Below are positions 26,801 through 44,952 of a DNA stretch of 64,000 nt, one piece after another. Origin of the DNA: Antedon mediterranea (lineage: Eukaryota > Animalia > Echinodermata); assembly GCF_964355755.1 (NCBI RefSeq), contig NC_092680.1, positions 2,914,001 to 2,978,000 on the forward strand, read 5' to 3'. The first letter of the stretch is position 1. Each line of letters starts with the position of its first letter. Both the position numbers and the translations under genes were made by a program. Under the pieces are notes generated by a model. The model saw only the letters and a list, made by a program, of their open reading frames with translations. It did not search any database and was not told the DNA's origin.

Positions 26801-29800
26801 AATCGAGAAAACACAATGTTTATATTATTTTTTCTATTTTATTCATATGGTACGCAATTAAAAGCGTAAAAAAAAGTTTTAGATGAACATCAAAACCAAA
26901 GAAGAAGAATAAACCTAGCTCAAAAGATAAAGTGCACAAGAAAGAAATTGGATGTGTTTGTACTGCAAAGAAGATTATTCCGTGTCAGTTTCAGGAGGAA
27001 TCTGTATCATGTTCTCTGTCTGTGAAGAATAGGCTCATGAAGATTGTGCTGGATGAATCAGATGCAGACTTCACATGTGAATGATGTTGCTAGCTAGATT
27101 TTATTTAAAGTGACATTGTAGATAAATGTATTGCGAACTCTCTACAACAGGACTATAAATAGACCTATATCGATTACAACATACTTTAATACTTATTATT
27201 ATTGTTTTTAATACATTATTCATCATCTAAACTCACTAAAATATGTATAAACACACTTTCTATAAATAAATAAGTTTTAAGCAGATCTTTCATGCATATT
27301 GTCTTATTTTTAACGATGTGACAAAGTGCCCCACTGCATGTGACAACTTGCCCCATGTACGGGGCAAGTTGTCACATCTGACCCATTGGGGGAAAAGTGC
27401 TCCCCTGGGTCACGGTCAAGAGTATTTTCACAATCAATGGTCCCCTTATATAGACCATACCCTAGGCTATATTTGAAGGTACAAACTAAGTTAATTTAGC
27501 CTAAAACTTAATATTTATAGGAGATTAGAATGAATTTGTGACTTTTAGCCCCTATCTCCCCTAATGCCTCACAAACACAATGTGACACGCACGCAATAAC
27601 GTGTGTACTTTAACAGCCACACACAAAGTTTGCTTGCATAAAATGTCGGATGAACAGTAGCACATAACAATAAGAATTAGTTAAAGATTAATAAATCTAG
27701 ATAAATTAGTTTTACCTTTTAATTTTCCTTGTAAGGCAAACTATGATAAGCATTGATAGAATCAGCAACAGTAATCCAATTGATATACAGATTATTTCAA
27801 CTACAACAAGAAATTAAAAAGTATACATTAAACACAATAACGTTTCATTTTAAAATTAAGTGTGCGTTTACACTAGCAAGCTTTCGCTCCAGGACGCTAA
27901 TACATGGCATAGGCCTATACTGTTCGTGGGTATAAGCGACGTAGAAAACATGAGTTATTTATTATTCGTTATCTAGTACCATCTTCTTCATTCATTGTCT
28001 CCGGTCCAGTAGAGAGAAGACTTGTTTCAATTTCATCATATAATTATCTTTACTATGTCATGATAAAAAAATAAACATCATTTCTGATTAACGTTAACTT
28101 TCTTTTCATGATTTATATTTAATTGCTTCTAATTAACATTGGTTTCCGGGCATTCTGTACATTACAAAACGTTATGTTCTCTACATAGACTCACCGCATC
28201 CGTACAATTAGATATCATGTCATGATTAATTATTCAAGTGTATATGAGAATCCATTGAATCTGAATGAGGTTAGTATTGGAATCTGGTCATGTGACGGAT
28301 ACAGGAAAAAACCACTATATTTGGAATCTGGTCATGTGACGTATAAATGACAAAAGCCACCATGATATTTGGATTTGGTTCAGAAACCGAAAAGGGAAGG
28401 AAATGATGGTTCACTTATCGATATAATCTTGTTTCAAATGGTGTAGGCCTATGATCATGATGATGATGTGGAGACCTACCTAAAACAAGTGAGTAACCCC
28501 TTCCCTCCTGAACATTCTCGGGCTGGTCCATGGATGATACATCGGTTGTTGTTTTATTGACCTTTTCACTGTGGCTAGATGTTACCAAAGCGTTCGGATA
28601 CTGCGTTCTATTCCCCATTTGTAACATTGGAGTCTGATCATTGTGGTCTAATGTGTGGCTGCTTGACTGACTTGTTCCCATCGTAGTAAACTCAATTGGA
28701 TGTGTTATGGGATGTGTTATGGGATTTGTGGTTCGATTTTCACGAAAATACAAATATTCTGAAACAATTCAAGCATAAAAGAAAGTTTAAGATGCATTGT
28801 CCCACTGAAAAATAATTTTTAAGTTTTTTATTTAAATATGCCATGTTAATGTCACATAATAGTTATCCACTTTTTTCCAAAAAATTGGATCTAAACAAAA
28901 TTTATTTACCTGAAAAAACTGTAATTTAAAGCAAAAAATGGTCAAATTGGCTGCCAGCCAATGGATTCCTGGTTGATTTTAATCATTTATTATGTTATTT
29001 TATAAATGAAAACATTCTTTTTTTTCCAAGGGAAGTGATTAACTTTATTAAAATTACAAAATTACCTATTCAAAGTCTGATTTAATTAATTTTCATTTTT
29101 TATGTTTTTTGGTGTAGTTAAAGTTGACTTTTAAAAAGAAACTTTTTATTGACAATAAAGGGAAGAGTTCATGGCTGTAACAATGGACTGAGCTAAGTAA
29201 TTTAAAGTCCTTGTTTCCTACGTGACCATCCCACGCTCCCGCCCTTTCAATTTTCGCTCACAAAACAGAACTGGAAAGAAACAAACGACCTGGTCCACCA
29301 TGGTCAATAATAACTTGTTTTCAATGTATCTGGTTTTATGTTATGTAGTGATTTTTTTGTGTGAAAAAGGTCAAATATAATAAATATTAGGCCCTATTAT
29401 AGATATCAATAAATGAAATGTTAAAAATCTCGAATGTTGCTTCCATGAATATCCTTACAATAATATACAAACATTCATTGTGTTTTAAATTTATGATGAA
29501 ATTACGTAATTTTATCGTTTATAATTATCATACATAACTCAATAATACTCAACTTGAATCTAATTTTATAACAATAGGAAACTACAATTAGTCTAACAAT
29601 AAAAACACAATATGAAAATAACAAAACTATGCTGCATAATAAAAAAACAAAATAAAAACATAACAAACTAGAATAACATTTTAATACATATAACTAAACT
29701 CATTAAAAAGATTGAAAGTTTTTGTTTTATGTAAAACGCAAAACATAAAATTATGTAAGAACTATCTACAATAGATTTTCCACAACTTAGCACAATAAAA

Positions 29801-32800
29801 AATATTTTTTATCCTGTTTTTATTTTGATGAAATTACGATATAAAAATATGAGAAAGAAGAAACAATGACCTTACCTCTACAACCAAACACCTCCCAACG
29901 CAAGCTAATATACGAATGCCACTTTAAAGGGTGTACACGTATGAACCGAGCTTTGATTGGATCCTGGAAGTGCGCGCGTACAGCTCTCTTCCCTGGATTA
30001 GCACTATAACCACATAAAACCTAACATAAATGTAATCAAGAAACAATAAGAATGTTCACCTGATACATAGATAGAGCTTTCTAAGACATTCACAAAATGT
30101 TGTAGATCAATTTATAGGAGTTACTATAAAGTGCGCCGCCTGAAACTCTCTTTTTTAACCGGTGCTTTTTTTTGTCTATAAGCAGGAAGCCTCAGTGCCT
30201 AACTGAATTAACTAGTTCCTTATGAAATATTAACATCAGTGCATCATACTACTCCTAAAACTATATGACAGTAATAATTGCGTTATGTGTAGTACTAGGA
30301 ATACTAGTGTTAGAAACGTGTTTTAAAATAAAAGATACACATTAATGGAGAATTTAAACTCCCAACACTTACAATCACTTTGTTTGACATCTGTTAATAC
30401 AGACAGGTTCAATTTCAGTAGCTTAAAAAAGTGAGAAATCAATTTAAATAATTAATTTATAAAACGTACCGGGGTATAATTCCAAACTGAGTAAACATCC
30501 AGCCGATATGATACTTGATATGAAGAAACCCACTGTATTGAATTGTATCTCGCTTGCACAGCAATCCCGATGACCAGATAATTTTCAACTAGGTCCACCT
30601 GTATCCATTGACGTTGGTCAAGTATCCCTGCTGACCATCCACCTTTGTTAGGGGGCAGTGGTAGGCTATTAAGTCGTGAGTACTCCGGGCCGAAATTTGT
30701 TCCGAATGAACTAGACGCCGTGAGCGCAGAGTCTGGGATATTTCCATATTCGATTCCTAGGCCGCTATAACAGTAATCTATTTTAATTAAAAAAAAGTAT
30801 TGTTAAAGTAATACATTTCATTATGTTTAATTGAATAAAAGGTTATAAATTTAGTAGGAAATAGAAATTAATTACAACATAATTATCACTAAGATAATAC
30901 TGTTTGTTTTCTTTTTAATTTCATAACTTTAATATTTTAAACTATGTATACCCTTTATTAAATGTAATTAAATAAGGAAATTTTAACGTGGGTAACGTTT
31001 ATTGAACCGAAAACATGGTTACCGTATCTTCTTTCACATCGCGTACTTTCTGGGCGTTTTTCATAATATTGACGTCATATAAATATTTGCCCTGCTAGCC
31101 TTTCTGTTCCAGTTATCTTACAAGTGTTGATGCACTTTGTTTCAGGAAACTCTTTATAAGTATTAATAACGGAGCCTAATTAATTCACTTTCAAGTAATG
31201 ACCTCAAGTCTATAAGCATAAGCGGCCACAAACCAACAAGCATTAAGGCCAATTTACACAGACGAGCGGTAACGGTAAGCGAAAAACCGCGTAGCATGTC
31301 CTACGTACAATCTGTACCGCCCGTCTGGTCAGCGCTTTGTGGAAATAGTCATAAAGAATAGCTAGCATGTCCTTTCCTCCACATTTGAAAAGCGCCATTG
31401 TTCTTTTTTTTTTAATTCAAAATAAAGATCATAAACTGTTATTTGTATATCTCTCGTGATTTCTAAGTATAGATTTGAGAAAAAGAAGGGCTCTGTAAAA
31501 ATGTGCAAAAATATTAATTTTAGAACCCAAGTACTGATATCACAAGTTCTCTCCATTAAGGGTTTCCATTCGGAAGTTTACGGAAATTGCATAAAATAAT
31601 GTGGAAGCTCACGTCACAGTTTGACAGTGACAAGATTATAATGATACTTTGATATAAAACTGCTTCTGCAATTTGAAATTAGAAAATGTCTTAATTTCCG
31701 GGATTGAGTAAGATATAATTAATGAACTTACCTTCTAATAGAGGATTGTCCTTGACTGTTAGAGTATCAATTGCAACGTCACCCAACTCACCAATTCCAC
31801 GAATAGCTTCAAATTTTAACTAGGTTGAAGAGTTGTATTAAGTTAAGTTAAAATAAACATTAGAGTAGAATGAAGAACATTAGTTATATAAAATAACACT
31901 ATCGAGATATAGCTTGATGGATAGTTTGAAGTTCAGTTTTCACAAGTAAGCCTACAAAAAATAACGACAACGAGTCAATCAAGTCAACTCTACATCGTAG
32001 GCCTACAACAATGATTCAATTATTCGATTGTTTTGGAAAAAGACTTTGAAAATGAAATGAATGATTAATAAATACTACAGACATTATTTTAGATTGAAGA
32101 TAATTTGTCAGAAACGCCAATATTTTAGATATTATTGCAGCACAGTTTTTAGCTCATCAAATTTTGGGTGTTTAGAAATAAGTTTTTCTTTTAAACTTAC
32201 ATTTTTATTATTGTTTTTTTCAATTTATAACTTCTGTCATTGATGATTAATGTCATATTTTTGTTTTTCGATTTAATTGTTATTTACTCATGATAGAATA
32301 ATTAATGTATGTAAGCAGATGATAAATTACGGAAATAATTATGTTATCATTTTGCTCACATATTTTCTCATCTTCGCCGTTTTTAACTCAATTAATTATT
32401 TCCAGAATATCACCAGGCGATTAAGAATTGCTCGATGGATGATTGAAAGTAGGCAATATTATAAAAACTGTTCTTAATAAATCCTAATTTAAGAAGATTA
32501 ATCAGTAAATCATGAGTAGGTCTTACACACTCTGATAAACAAACTTGTGTAAGTTTCTAAGACCACTTTGGAAATAAACTATCCTAACAAGTTATGCTGT
32601 TGGATTTTGTTCATGCTGTTTTGGCATTGTTATTCATTTTTAAGTTTCTTAGGACCTCTTAGGACCACTTTGGAAACAAACTTTATCCTAAAAAAAATAT
32701 GCTATGGGGTTTGTTCATGTTGTCTTCGCATTGTTATTCATGTTGTACACATATTGGTAATGTGTTGATTTAATGTAAGTAACGACAACAAATTTTGGAA

Positions 32801-33092
32801 GAAGTTAACCAATCTACCTTAAACCGATGTGGAGATTCTCCCAACACCACCTGTACATCAGTTCTCAGCCATACATTGCCACTACTGCCAGATGTTCCCC
32901 ACACTAATCTACTACTGGACGAGACACCATTGCACACCAGAACATACAAATTAAGACTCCCAACGTGATCTCCGTACATGTGACGGTAGAACGATATGGT
33001 GATGTTTGTTGATCTTGGCTCCATCCAACCGGTTTGCATCGTGATGGCATCTCCCGGATTTCCTTGAGTAGCTTCTGTGTACACATAACGCC
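23805..33092 (-). CDS. Single-pass receptor: MAM domain + F5/8 type C (discoidin) domain + Ser/Thr-rich stalk + TM + ~320-aa Tyr/Pro-rich cytoplasmic tail (well-supported part)
   Basis: Phase-consistent GT-AG exons: 33092-32818 (GRYVYTEA...SFYRHMYGDHVGSLNLY...SGNVW), 31819-31732 (FEAIRG...GDVAIDTL, MAM end), 30777-30470 (CYSGLGIEYGNIPDSALTASS...SRLN...GGWSA...QWIQVDL...QWVSSYQVSY), 30020-29876 (PIKARFIRVHPLKWHSYISLRWEVFGC), 28758-28480 (stalk), 27800-27716 (TM IICISIGLLLLILSMLIIVCL-TRK), 24756-23805 (tail, stop). Confidence 0.88.
26194..27563 (+). mobile_element. Internally deleted pogo/Tc1-mariner-type DNA transposon
   Basis: TIRs taggggagggaggggctaaaagtcaca / tgtgacttttagcccctatctccccta, with repeated subterminal ggggcaagttgtcaca in both orientations. 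A decayed PHD-like remnant WMCLYCKEDY...CEE*AHEDCAG at ~26949-27090 resembles the C-terminus of pogo/Fot1-like transposases. Confidence 0.75.
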
Positions 33093-33339
33093 CTATAAGT
33101 ACATTAAGACACAAATATGGCATGTTAGTTGTGGATGACTGGGTCAGTTTGTTTGAATGTAAGAGGAGCTTCGAAAAACAAGTTGTTTTATCATCACATC
33201 CATGGTTTTGTGGGTGTTTTTTATTTTTAGTATTCATACTAGGCTGTTGGTAATTTTTGTATCATACGAATGAAACTCCATATGTGTCAAAATGTAAATT
33301 GTTCTCCAATATTTAGGCGAAACGTCGTCCAGAACCTAC

Positions 33340-36300
33340 CATCATTACACATTTTGGTTTCATTTGGCCGAATTTTCTGCGCAATTTTGGTTAAATCTGG
33401 CCTAAATATGGGAGAGGAGTACGAATTCAATACAATGGGCCTACGATAAATAACCAGCTGTAACTTGAAGAGTGGAAGACCAAAAAGCTGATCATTCTCT
33501 TCAAAACTCAAAACACAGTAGCTCATCTCAATGTGAATAGGAAATCATGTTTGTATCGGTGAATATCGTTTCTGTGTCAGTAGTTTGCCTAGTTAAATTC
33601 ATTAATGCGATTACATAAGGTTAAGGTTATCCATTTTCTCTGATTCAAATTCAGTCACCGACAGTCAAAACATTTGGGAGTTCCAAACTAAAATGACTTA
33701 ATAGTCGACACGCAATTATGTTAAAACAAATCTATTTCTAAAAGTATTTCTAAAAATAGCCTGACAAAATTAATATTGTTATGGCGATAAAATATCGCAT
33801 CAAACTACAAAACATTGCAAAAGGTTATCTCGCGACCGATCATACTGGTGCATGATCTAACCTCTCCAGTGCAAACGATCATTCTAATGCATTGTATTTT
33901 AGATATTATCTTTAAATATTGAATACACATGCAATAGCGTACTATTTGATTTGGATTTAAATCATGACAAAACAGGTTAAACCAGAGGATTGTTTTTTAC
34001 ATTAGGTATTAAATTTCAATTTCTTATTTAAAGAAAAAGAGAAACAGCTGAAAGACACCGTTCTCTTAAAGTGGAAATATGCCAAAACAAATACTACACC
34101 CGACACTGTTCAAATTTTTTATTGATAACATAGACATTTCGTTATCGTGAATTTTAGGTCTACGATTTGAAACAAAAATTGTCGGGAAGTAACATAATTT
34201 AGACCTTGACTTCAACAAACACGGAAAGCCCCATCACTATTAATATTGAGGATGAGCGAACATCAATTACTACAAGTGACTAAATAGATTTGATTTACTT
34301 TTTCATAATCATTACGGCATCTATGGCATCTTCACCTCACCTTTCCATCTTTGATATCACATTGTTAAGTTGCATGCAAACAAAGTCCGAAACGAATTTC
34401 GGATAACATTATGTGCCGTGTCCAAGTATGATACGCGTATTTATTCATCATCACTGATGCACCACGTTTGGTGTGTAGCCATACCGAACACAATTTGGAT
34501 TTTGTATGAACTTTTGAGTTCTGATGGTCCATCACATGATGATTTTGTCAATTCACGTTGGGCTTACGTTCTTGTCAGGTGGGAAACAAGCAGAAACGTT
34601 TTGTATTCAAATGCAGGCCTATTAGATAAGAAAAGCATTTGAGTTAACACCTGATTGTATGCCTATTTGGGAAATTGAAAACTTGTTTTTCATAACACGT
34701 GCATTTCCTATGTTTGGTATAGCAGTGATTCTAATTCAAGAGACATGATTTTATAAAACATTTTGGTGGGAATTTATTAGAACTTTCCGTTGGTAACAGT
34801 AAAAATTATTATTTCCATTAGGGATTATGATAGAAGAGTTCCGTGTCATAATGGTCTGCAGTAGGCTACATATTTATATTAATCTTACTATCAAACTTTA
34901 TGTGACGAAAACATGTAATGTCATCACATCCATATGTGGGCAAATTATTACAATATTTGGGCACATCACACTTATGTTTGTCAAACAAGTTTGACAGAGC
35001 TTTACATTGTTTCCAATGTAATCCATTTAACTGTATACAAGACACTACAGCATTTTATTAGCCTACTTATACGCATAACTTCACCATAACAAAGATACAA
35101 ATCAATAACGAGGGATTTACAATTCACTGCTTTTGATATTTCATTAAGAATTTGTACAAATTGTATTACATCATTTTTACTTGGTTCCAAATTGGACGCA
35201 ACTCAATGACGTACGCGCGCCGCAATAATTTGATCAATCAGGATAACCATCTGATCAGTCGCTTATTGTGCTTATAAAAGTAAACTCACTTGCGTCACGT
35301 CTGCGTCCAAATGGGAACAATTCCTTTGAAGCTTATCACTACCATATTTGGGCACATCACACTTTTTTTTTTTTAAACTAGTGTAGAACAGCTTTACACA
35401 TTATACAACGTCTATTACCGTTCTGTGGGTGAATCTCTGTCTGTAATGTATGGTCTTATAGTTATGATACAACAAAATTGAGAAGGGAAAGAAGGTTTAC
35501 CATTAGTGATGACATTATATCACTGATTATGTCACAGGTCCATTCGTCATTTTCATGACAGTTCATTACCGATAGAGTGCGCTATATCCGTCTTCTGTCG
35601 GTAAATACACGCTTCTGCGTTATCAACCACGTATACAATGATTTTTTTAAAAATCATATAAATAAGTTATACAATGGTAATGCCAATATTATATAAAAAG
35701 CAAAATGACGTGTCATTATGACCATGAAAGTGTATTACCGTTAGAGTGCGCTGTTTCCGGCCCCGTTCTGTCGGTATATGTCCGTTTCTGTGTTATTAAC
35801 CACTTATATCCGTTATTGGCCTGTTGTCTAAAGTCACATATATTGCTGTCAAAATCGCAATAAAATAACACTGAAATGAAAGAAAATGGACTAATTTAGA
35901 TTGTTATCCCTGATAAAATAAATATGTTAAACTGTTTAATATTAGATAATAGAATACAATGAGATTCATCATAGAGATTATTATAGTTCACTATAATATC
36001 TCTATGGGATAACTATATATTTATTATTCTGATACCAACGACATTTAAGTAAAATTAAGAAAATGTTGTCACGTGAAAACAAGTAAATGTAGGCCTATAC
36101 ATATATTATAGATTATTCTATTTATTATAATTTACTTTACACTACTTTTATACACGAAGCTACACTTCGTATTTTTAAACCGTTAAATCCTATAGTGTGC
36201 CTCAGTATTAAACAATCTCAACACAGCACAACACGACAAGTCATCCAATACTCGAAGGATTTGGTCTGTAGAAACGCCAAGTATTTGTTTTTTATCAGTT

Positions 36301-38880
36301 CAATAATCTACATAACATTATTCATATCAATAAAGTATCAGACATACAAACGAGTATTAAACGTTATAAACATAATATGAAGAGTAGACCTACAGATACG
36401 AATCACGGAGCGGTACCACTCCACTTTACAATTGAGTTTGATAATGTAAAGAACAAAAAATAGCAGCCTACAATATCGAAGACTTGTGTCTATTAGTTAT
36501 GTAGGTAGAATATATATGTTTGACTTGATTTAACTATCCCTCTCTTTTCATGTTATAGGTTTAATCTTTTTAATACTGTCTGGTGAGAGTGTGCATTTAG
36601 ATTTCTCAGTTCAATATATAATAAAATAAATACATTTAATACATAAATATGGAGACTTGGGTTTATCTAGCTATGTAGATGTACATATTTAATATATGTT
36701 TGATATGATTTTGACTTATTCCTCTCCCTTATTTTAGAGGTTTATTCTTTTCAATACGGTCTGAGAATCTGCATTGGGATTTCTCAGTTCTTTTTATTGA
36801 AAGCACTGTACGTGATAAGTACTCAAATCACACGTTTAATATAGGCATACGTTTTATTTAGCTAACTTTCTTCTAATTTGCTATATATTCCCCACACATG
36901 TGTACATAATTTAATTCTGTAATTCAACTGTTATTTTGAAGAATTTGAAATATCATAATAACGCCTATAAATGTCAAATAACATTTTGACACACAAAGAA
37001 ACGTCTAGTTAACTTAATGACACGGCTTATTGCCACGTGTTATATATTTATTTCTATAATTTGATATGTTTCAAATGTTATCGTACACAAAGAGAATAAA
37101 ACATAATTAGGCGTATAGTGAGTTATTCAACAGGTTACACAAAAAATAAAGGTGCACTGTCATTTAGCTGTAACATGAACATTTGAAGAAAGAAATAAAA
37201 TCGACAATAAACATTCAATTACTAATAAACAATTATTAAAAAAATAATAATTATTATTATTAAACACTAATCTTAGAAAACGTTACTAATAAGTATACAT
37301 AAACAAAAATATATAAGGATATACTCTGTTCACCTGAAACTGTAGTTAACATTTTTAACAATATAGGCCCATATTTATTTCAAAATTATATATTACTAAT
37401 TATGAAAACATCAACCTCAGTATTATTATTATTAATGAAAATTAGCAGACATTTTTCAAACCTTTAATCGATAATATTCTTTTTTTTAATGAAATTCATT
37501 TGTTTCTTTCATTTAAAATTAATACATTAAAAATGCTGAGATTTTCTTTTTCATAATAATGATATGATAATAATAAATAATACAAATTTAAACTATTACT
37601 TTGGAGTTATACTTGCACTTGCACTGTCTTAAAATGTTAACTATATCGATGAGTCAGTCATTTAGTAAACTAAGACTCTATAATGCCCTGCCAGAACGGT
37701 CTCCCCTGATTGTCCTACGCTTAAAATATTATACGTGACTAATACAGGCTTCAATCACGAAGCATTTGTTGTATAGAGAAAACTGAAAGTTAGCATAGAA
37801 ACTTAAATAAAATATTCTCGTAAAATAAACTTTAATTATATGGTAAAAACAAGTGTTTTAATAAAGGGCCCATCTTTAAGAAGATCTCCTTTTGCTGAAA
37901 TCTTTAATTTTCTTTCTCTAAGTAATTTTTAAAATTATTTTCACAAATTGCTAATGGACATGTATTATTATTTTGATTTCTGATAACTAAGATGATAAAA
38001 GCTTGTATTTATTTAGATATGTCAAAATAAGCACAAGGATGATTACCATTCATTATGTACTTTGAGACCTACACAACGATAGCCTATAAACAAAAACAAC
38101 AAAGAAACTAAATTAAAAACACAGGAAAAAAATGCAAAAGACAAATTAGTTCAAAAGTTATAGATAGAAACTACATCAGAGAGCTGGAATAAATACCAAT
38201 ATTCAACTAAATTTTTAAACAATAGATAAAATTAGTAAAAATATGTTGTTTTGACTACCACACGATGCAAAAAAAAGAAGCTACAATCATCACATAAACA
38301 GTCATTAGTGTGAAGAGTTGTTCTACTTTCCCCATTGTTCGAGTGAACCCGAAAGATGCACTCTGTTTTTCAAAGTCAACTTTTCCAATACCAGACCCTT
38401 CGGGCTGACCCATCTCTGCTCTTCCGGATTGTCTGTTAGTATCCTAATGTATGCCATTAATAATAAAATAATTAATAAATTAACAATGATATATAACATG
38501 ACGAAATCTTTTACCTATTAAACGTCTTACGGTACATTACTAAATACTGTAGACGGTTGTAATAGTAATCAGTAATCTTTTTATTTACCACACACTCGTA
38601 AAATACATGACTTTATGGAGGGAAAAAAGAAATTATATACATTGTATGGAAGGAGACTATGTAAGTTAAGACAATAACTTGAAGTTATAACAAAGTTTTA
38701 CAGAAAGTCATTAGAGGCTAGCTTATTAAATAAAAGATAAAATTAATGAATTTAAATAAAAATTGTAATACATTTTTTTTAATCTATAAAATAAAAACAA
38801 TTACCTCTGTCTATTCTATCCAATGCTGTGCATTGTCCCAGTGATATAATAATCACAGCATACACTAGAAATAGCCGCAT
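33340..38880 (-). CDS. Tentative 5' exons of the MAM-F5/8C receptor, including a signal-peptide exon
   Basis: 38880-38805 encodes MRLFLVYAVIIISLGQCTALDRIDR followed by a gtaatt donor. 33401-33340 (PDLTKIAQKIRPNETKMCND) joins the MAM exon in phase. Intervening candidates (~38432-38327, ~34618-34568) are phase-compatible but unverified. Confidence 0.45.
35181..35320. mobile_element. Degenerate MITE related to the AGCTTGGTTCCCACTA family
   Basis: Inverted ends ttggttccaaattggacgca / tgcgtccaaatgggaacaa. Confidence 0.5.
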
Positions 38881-40734
38881 TTTCCAAACATATATATCCT
38901 ACGCCTCCTGGCTGGAAGTTAAACCTCGAATTTGGTTTTAAACTTCACTTTCGTCTGAGCATTTACACACTGAGTACGCTTCTGATAGTCGGAGGAAATT
39001 TACTTAATTTGGATTTCCTCAGTTCGCGTCACGTTCAAAACCCTGGTCATTTTAGAAGAGTCAAGTGAAACGCGTTTTAAGCATTTAAGCAAAGTTTTGA
39101 ACGCGTTGGACTAAAAAAGGTAAAAACGAACGTGTACTTTTTGACGATTCAACAACGCTCTGTTGCCGATTACAGGATAGGTTGTGAGGCTGAAAAATGC
39201 TCGCTAAAAAATAGGATATGGCATGATTCATTTATCTGAGCTGAGAATTACAATTTAATATCAGAGCCTCCATTCACTTTTCACTGATCGGGTTGGGTTA
39301 TATTTAACCCACGTACGAATGTAGTTATTACATTACAATTTGTAAAATGTTTTACAATAAATCTAGGCCTACATTTTAAAACTGGATTGAGAAACGCCTC
39401 GACATTGATGTTTACGTAATGTAGGCCTAGGATTCCTTCTTTTTATAAATTTAAAAAAAAATCGATATATGGCCCGTAGTGTAGACTTAATTCAAGTAAA
39501 AATTGTTCAGTCTCAACGGTTAGAGACAACGTATTATATAAGTCAAAGATGCTCTCCGGGTAAATGCTATCCTGAGATGAGTATTAGTAAATAGTACAGT
39601 TTTTGTTTTGTTTTTTAATTAATTTATACATAATTTTACTTTCTATGGGCCAGAGATTCCGAAATAAAAATGTGAATGAATGAATGAAACTCACAACGGT
39701 TTGTTTCTTGTTGATTAAAGGTCAATTGAACATTTATTTCAAGATATAACTGCGGCGACTGGCAACTTTTGAGTTGAGACAACAAATACGAAAGAACATA
39801 ACATGTACAACCTCTAGCCTATACTGACCCACGCACTAGCTAGTAAGAGTCCAGATGTACGTCAGCATCACTAGATATTGTATGCAAATCATTCCAGGTA
39901 AGCATACCATCATGGCATCAATGACGATTACATAACCACTAAACTCACTTACACTTACTGCCGTATTTTGAATTATAGAGATCAGTTTATAAAAAAAATA
40001 TTTCATTATGCAGGTAGTGTAATATTTTGAATTAAGTAAGTAGAAGTGACTACATAAAGTTTAATTGGTTAAATAAAATGTCCCATAGGTACACGCCTAC
40101 CAATGCAACTCACATGCCGTTTCAGAGTTACAGTTCAGCTGAAGTGTATAGAAAAGGGAATTGAACATTGAATAAACCATGACTCATTCACATTTATATC
40201 AGAAAGCCTGTGCGCACTTTATGTCTTATTCCTTGGTGTGGGATGAACCCCCATGGCGCTCCAATTCGCCAGACACCAATTTTCTCCACAGATATTGCAA
40301 TTTATCTGATCAAATTTAAGCGTTTCTATATATAATATAATATTGTTAAAAGTCTTCTAGCGTATTATGTTACACCCTGTTTATTTTATATATGAAAACA
40401 TGGCGTTTACTTCTTAATGATTTGGGTTAATATTCAATTCAAGCTGGACGTAATAGTTGATGGTATAAATTTGGTCTACGTGCAACTTATTTAATTGTAA
40501 AATCAACACATTGGAATCGGTTCGTGTTATTTGTCTGCTTTTCTCTATGGAACGCCTAGTAAGCAAACACGGATGTTTTACTACATTCTCGATAACATAA
40601 TTGCAATTAAGCATATAATCAAATAAGCATACATTCATGCTCACTTAACACGTGGAGTAGTACGTATAAATTATAACAATACATTCATATATAGATACCC
40701 TACTATACTATTAGTAAGATGAACTCGTCGTTCA

Positions 40735-40812
40735 AAGTTGCAGCGCTAAAATATGGAATAACCTACCAATTGAAATTAAATATTACCCAACAATTGCTTC
40801 ATTCAAAGCTGG
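40735..40812 (+). mobile_element. CR1/L2-type LINE 3' fragment
   Basis: Translates as SAKIWNNLPIEIKYYPTIASFK (WNxLP...FK motif). It is absent from the paralogous upstream region of astacin copy C. Confidence 0.55.
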
Positions 40813-40912
40813 ATATCGATCTCGTTTTTTTCTTAACAAAACTAAATATTCGTTTTCCTGATTTATAATGCTTTAGAGATAATCTTCAAAGCATATGTTA
40901 CATGTATCGTAT

Positions 40913-41008
40913 TAGATAGATAACAATAAGTATAAATTTATTGTGAGCAATTGCAAATCTATCAGATGTGTTGCTTTAGCTTAACAAACACCACTTGTGA
41001 CCAAAACA
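40913..41008 (+). promoter_or_regulatory. Conserved core promoter / 5'UTR block of the astacin copies (TATAAA ~78 nt upstream of ATG)
   Basis: gatagataacaataagTATAAAtt...gcaattgcaaat...aacaaacaccacttgtgaccaaaacaATG is repeated before all three copies (also ~50131-50225 and ~60478-60574). Confidence 0.6.

Positions 41009-44952
<3,944 letters not shown>

Noticed and set aside
29985-29996. ctcttccctgg matching the mini-element end inside an F5/8C exon
   Set aside because: It is a single half-site with no TSD and encodes ordinary in-frame residues, so it is probably chance.
38255-38443. Minus-strand frame ending in a GPI-like hydrophobic tail (...LMTVYVMIVASFFCIVW*)
   Set aside because: It is out of phase with the signal-peptide exon donor, so a separate small GPI protein cannot be assembled.
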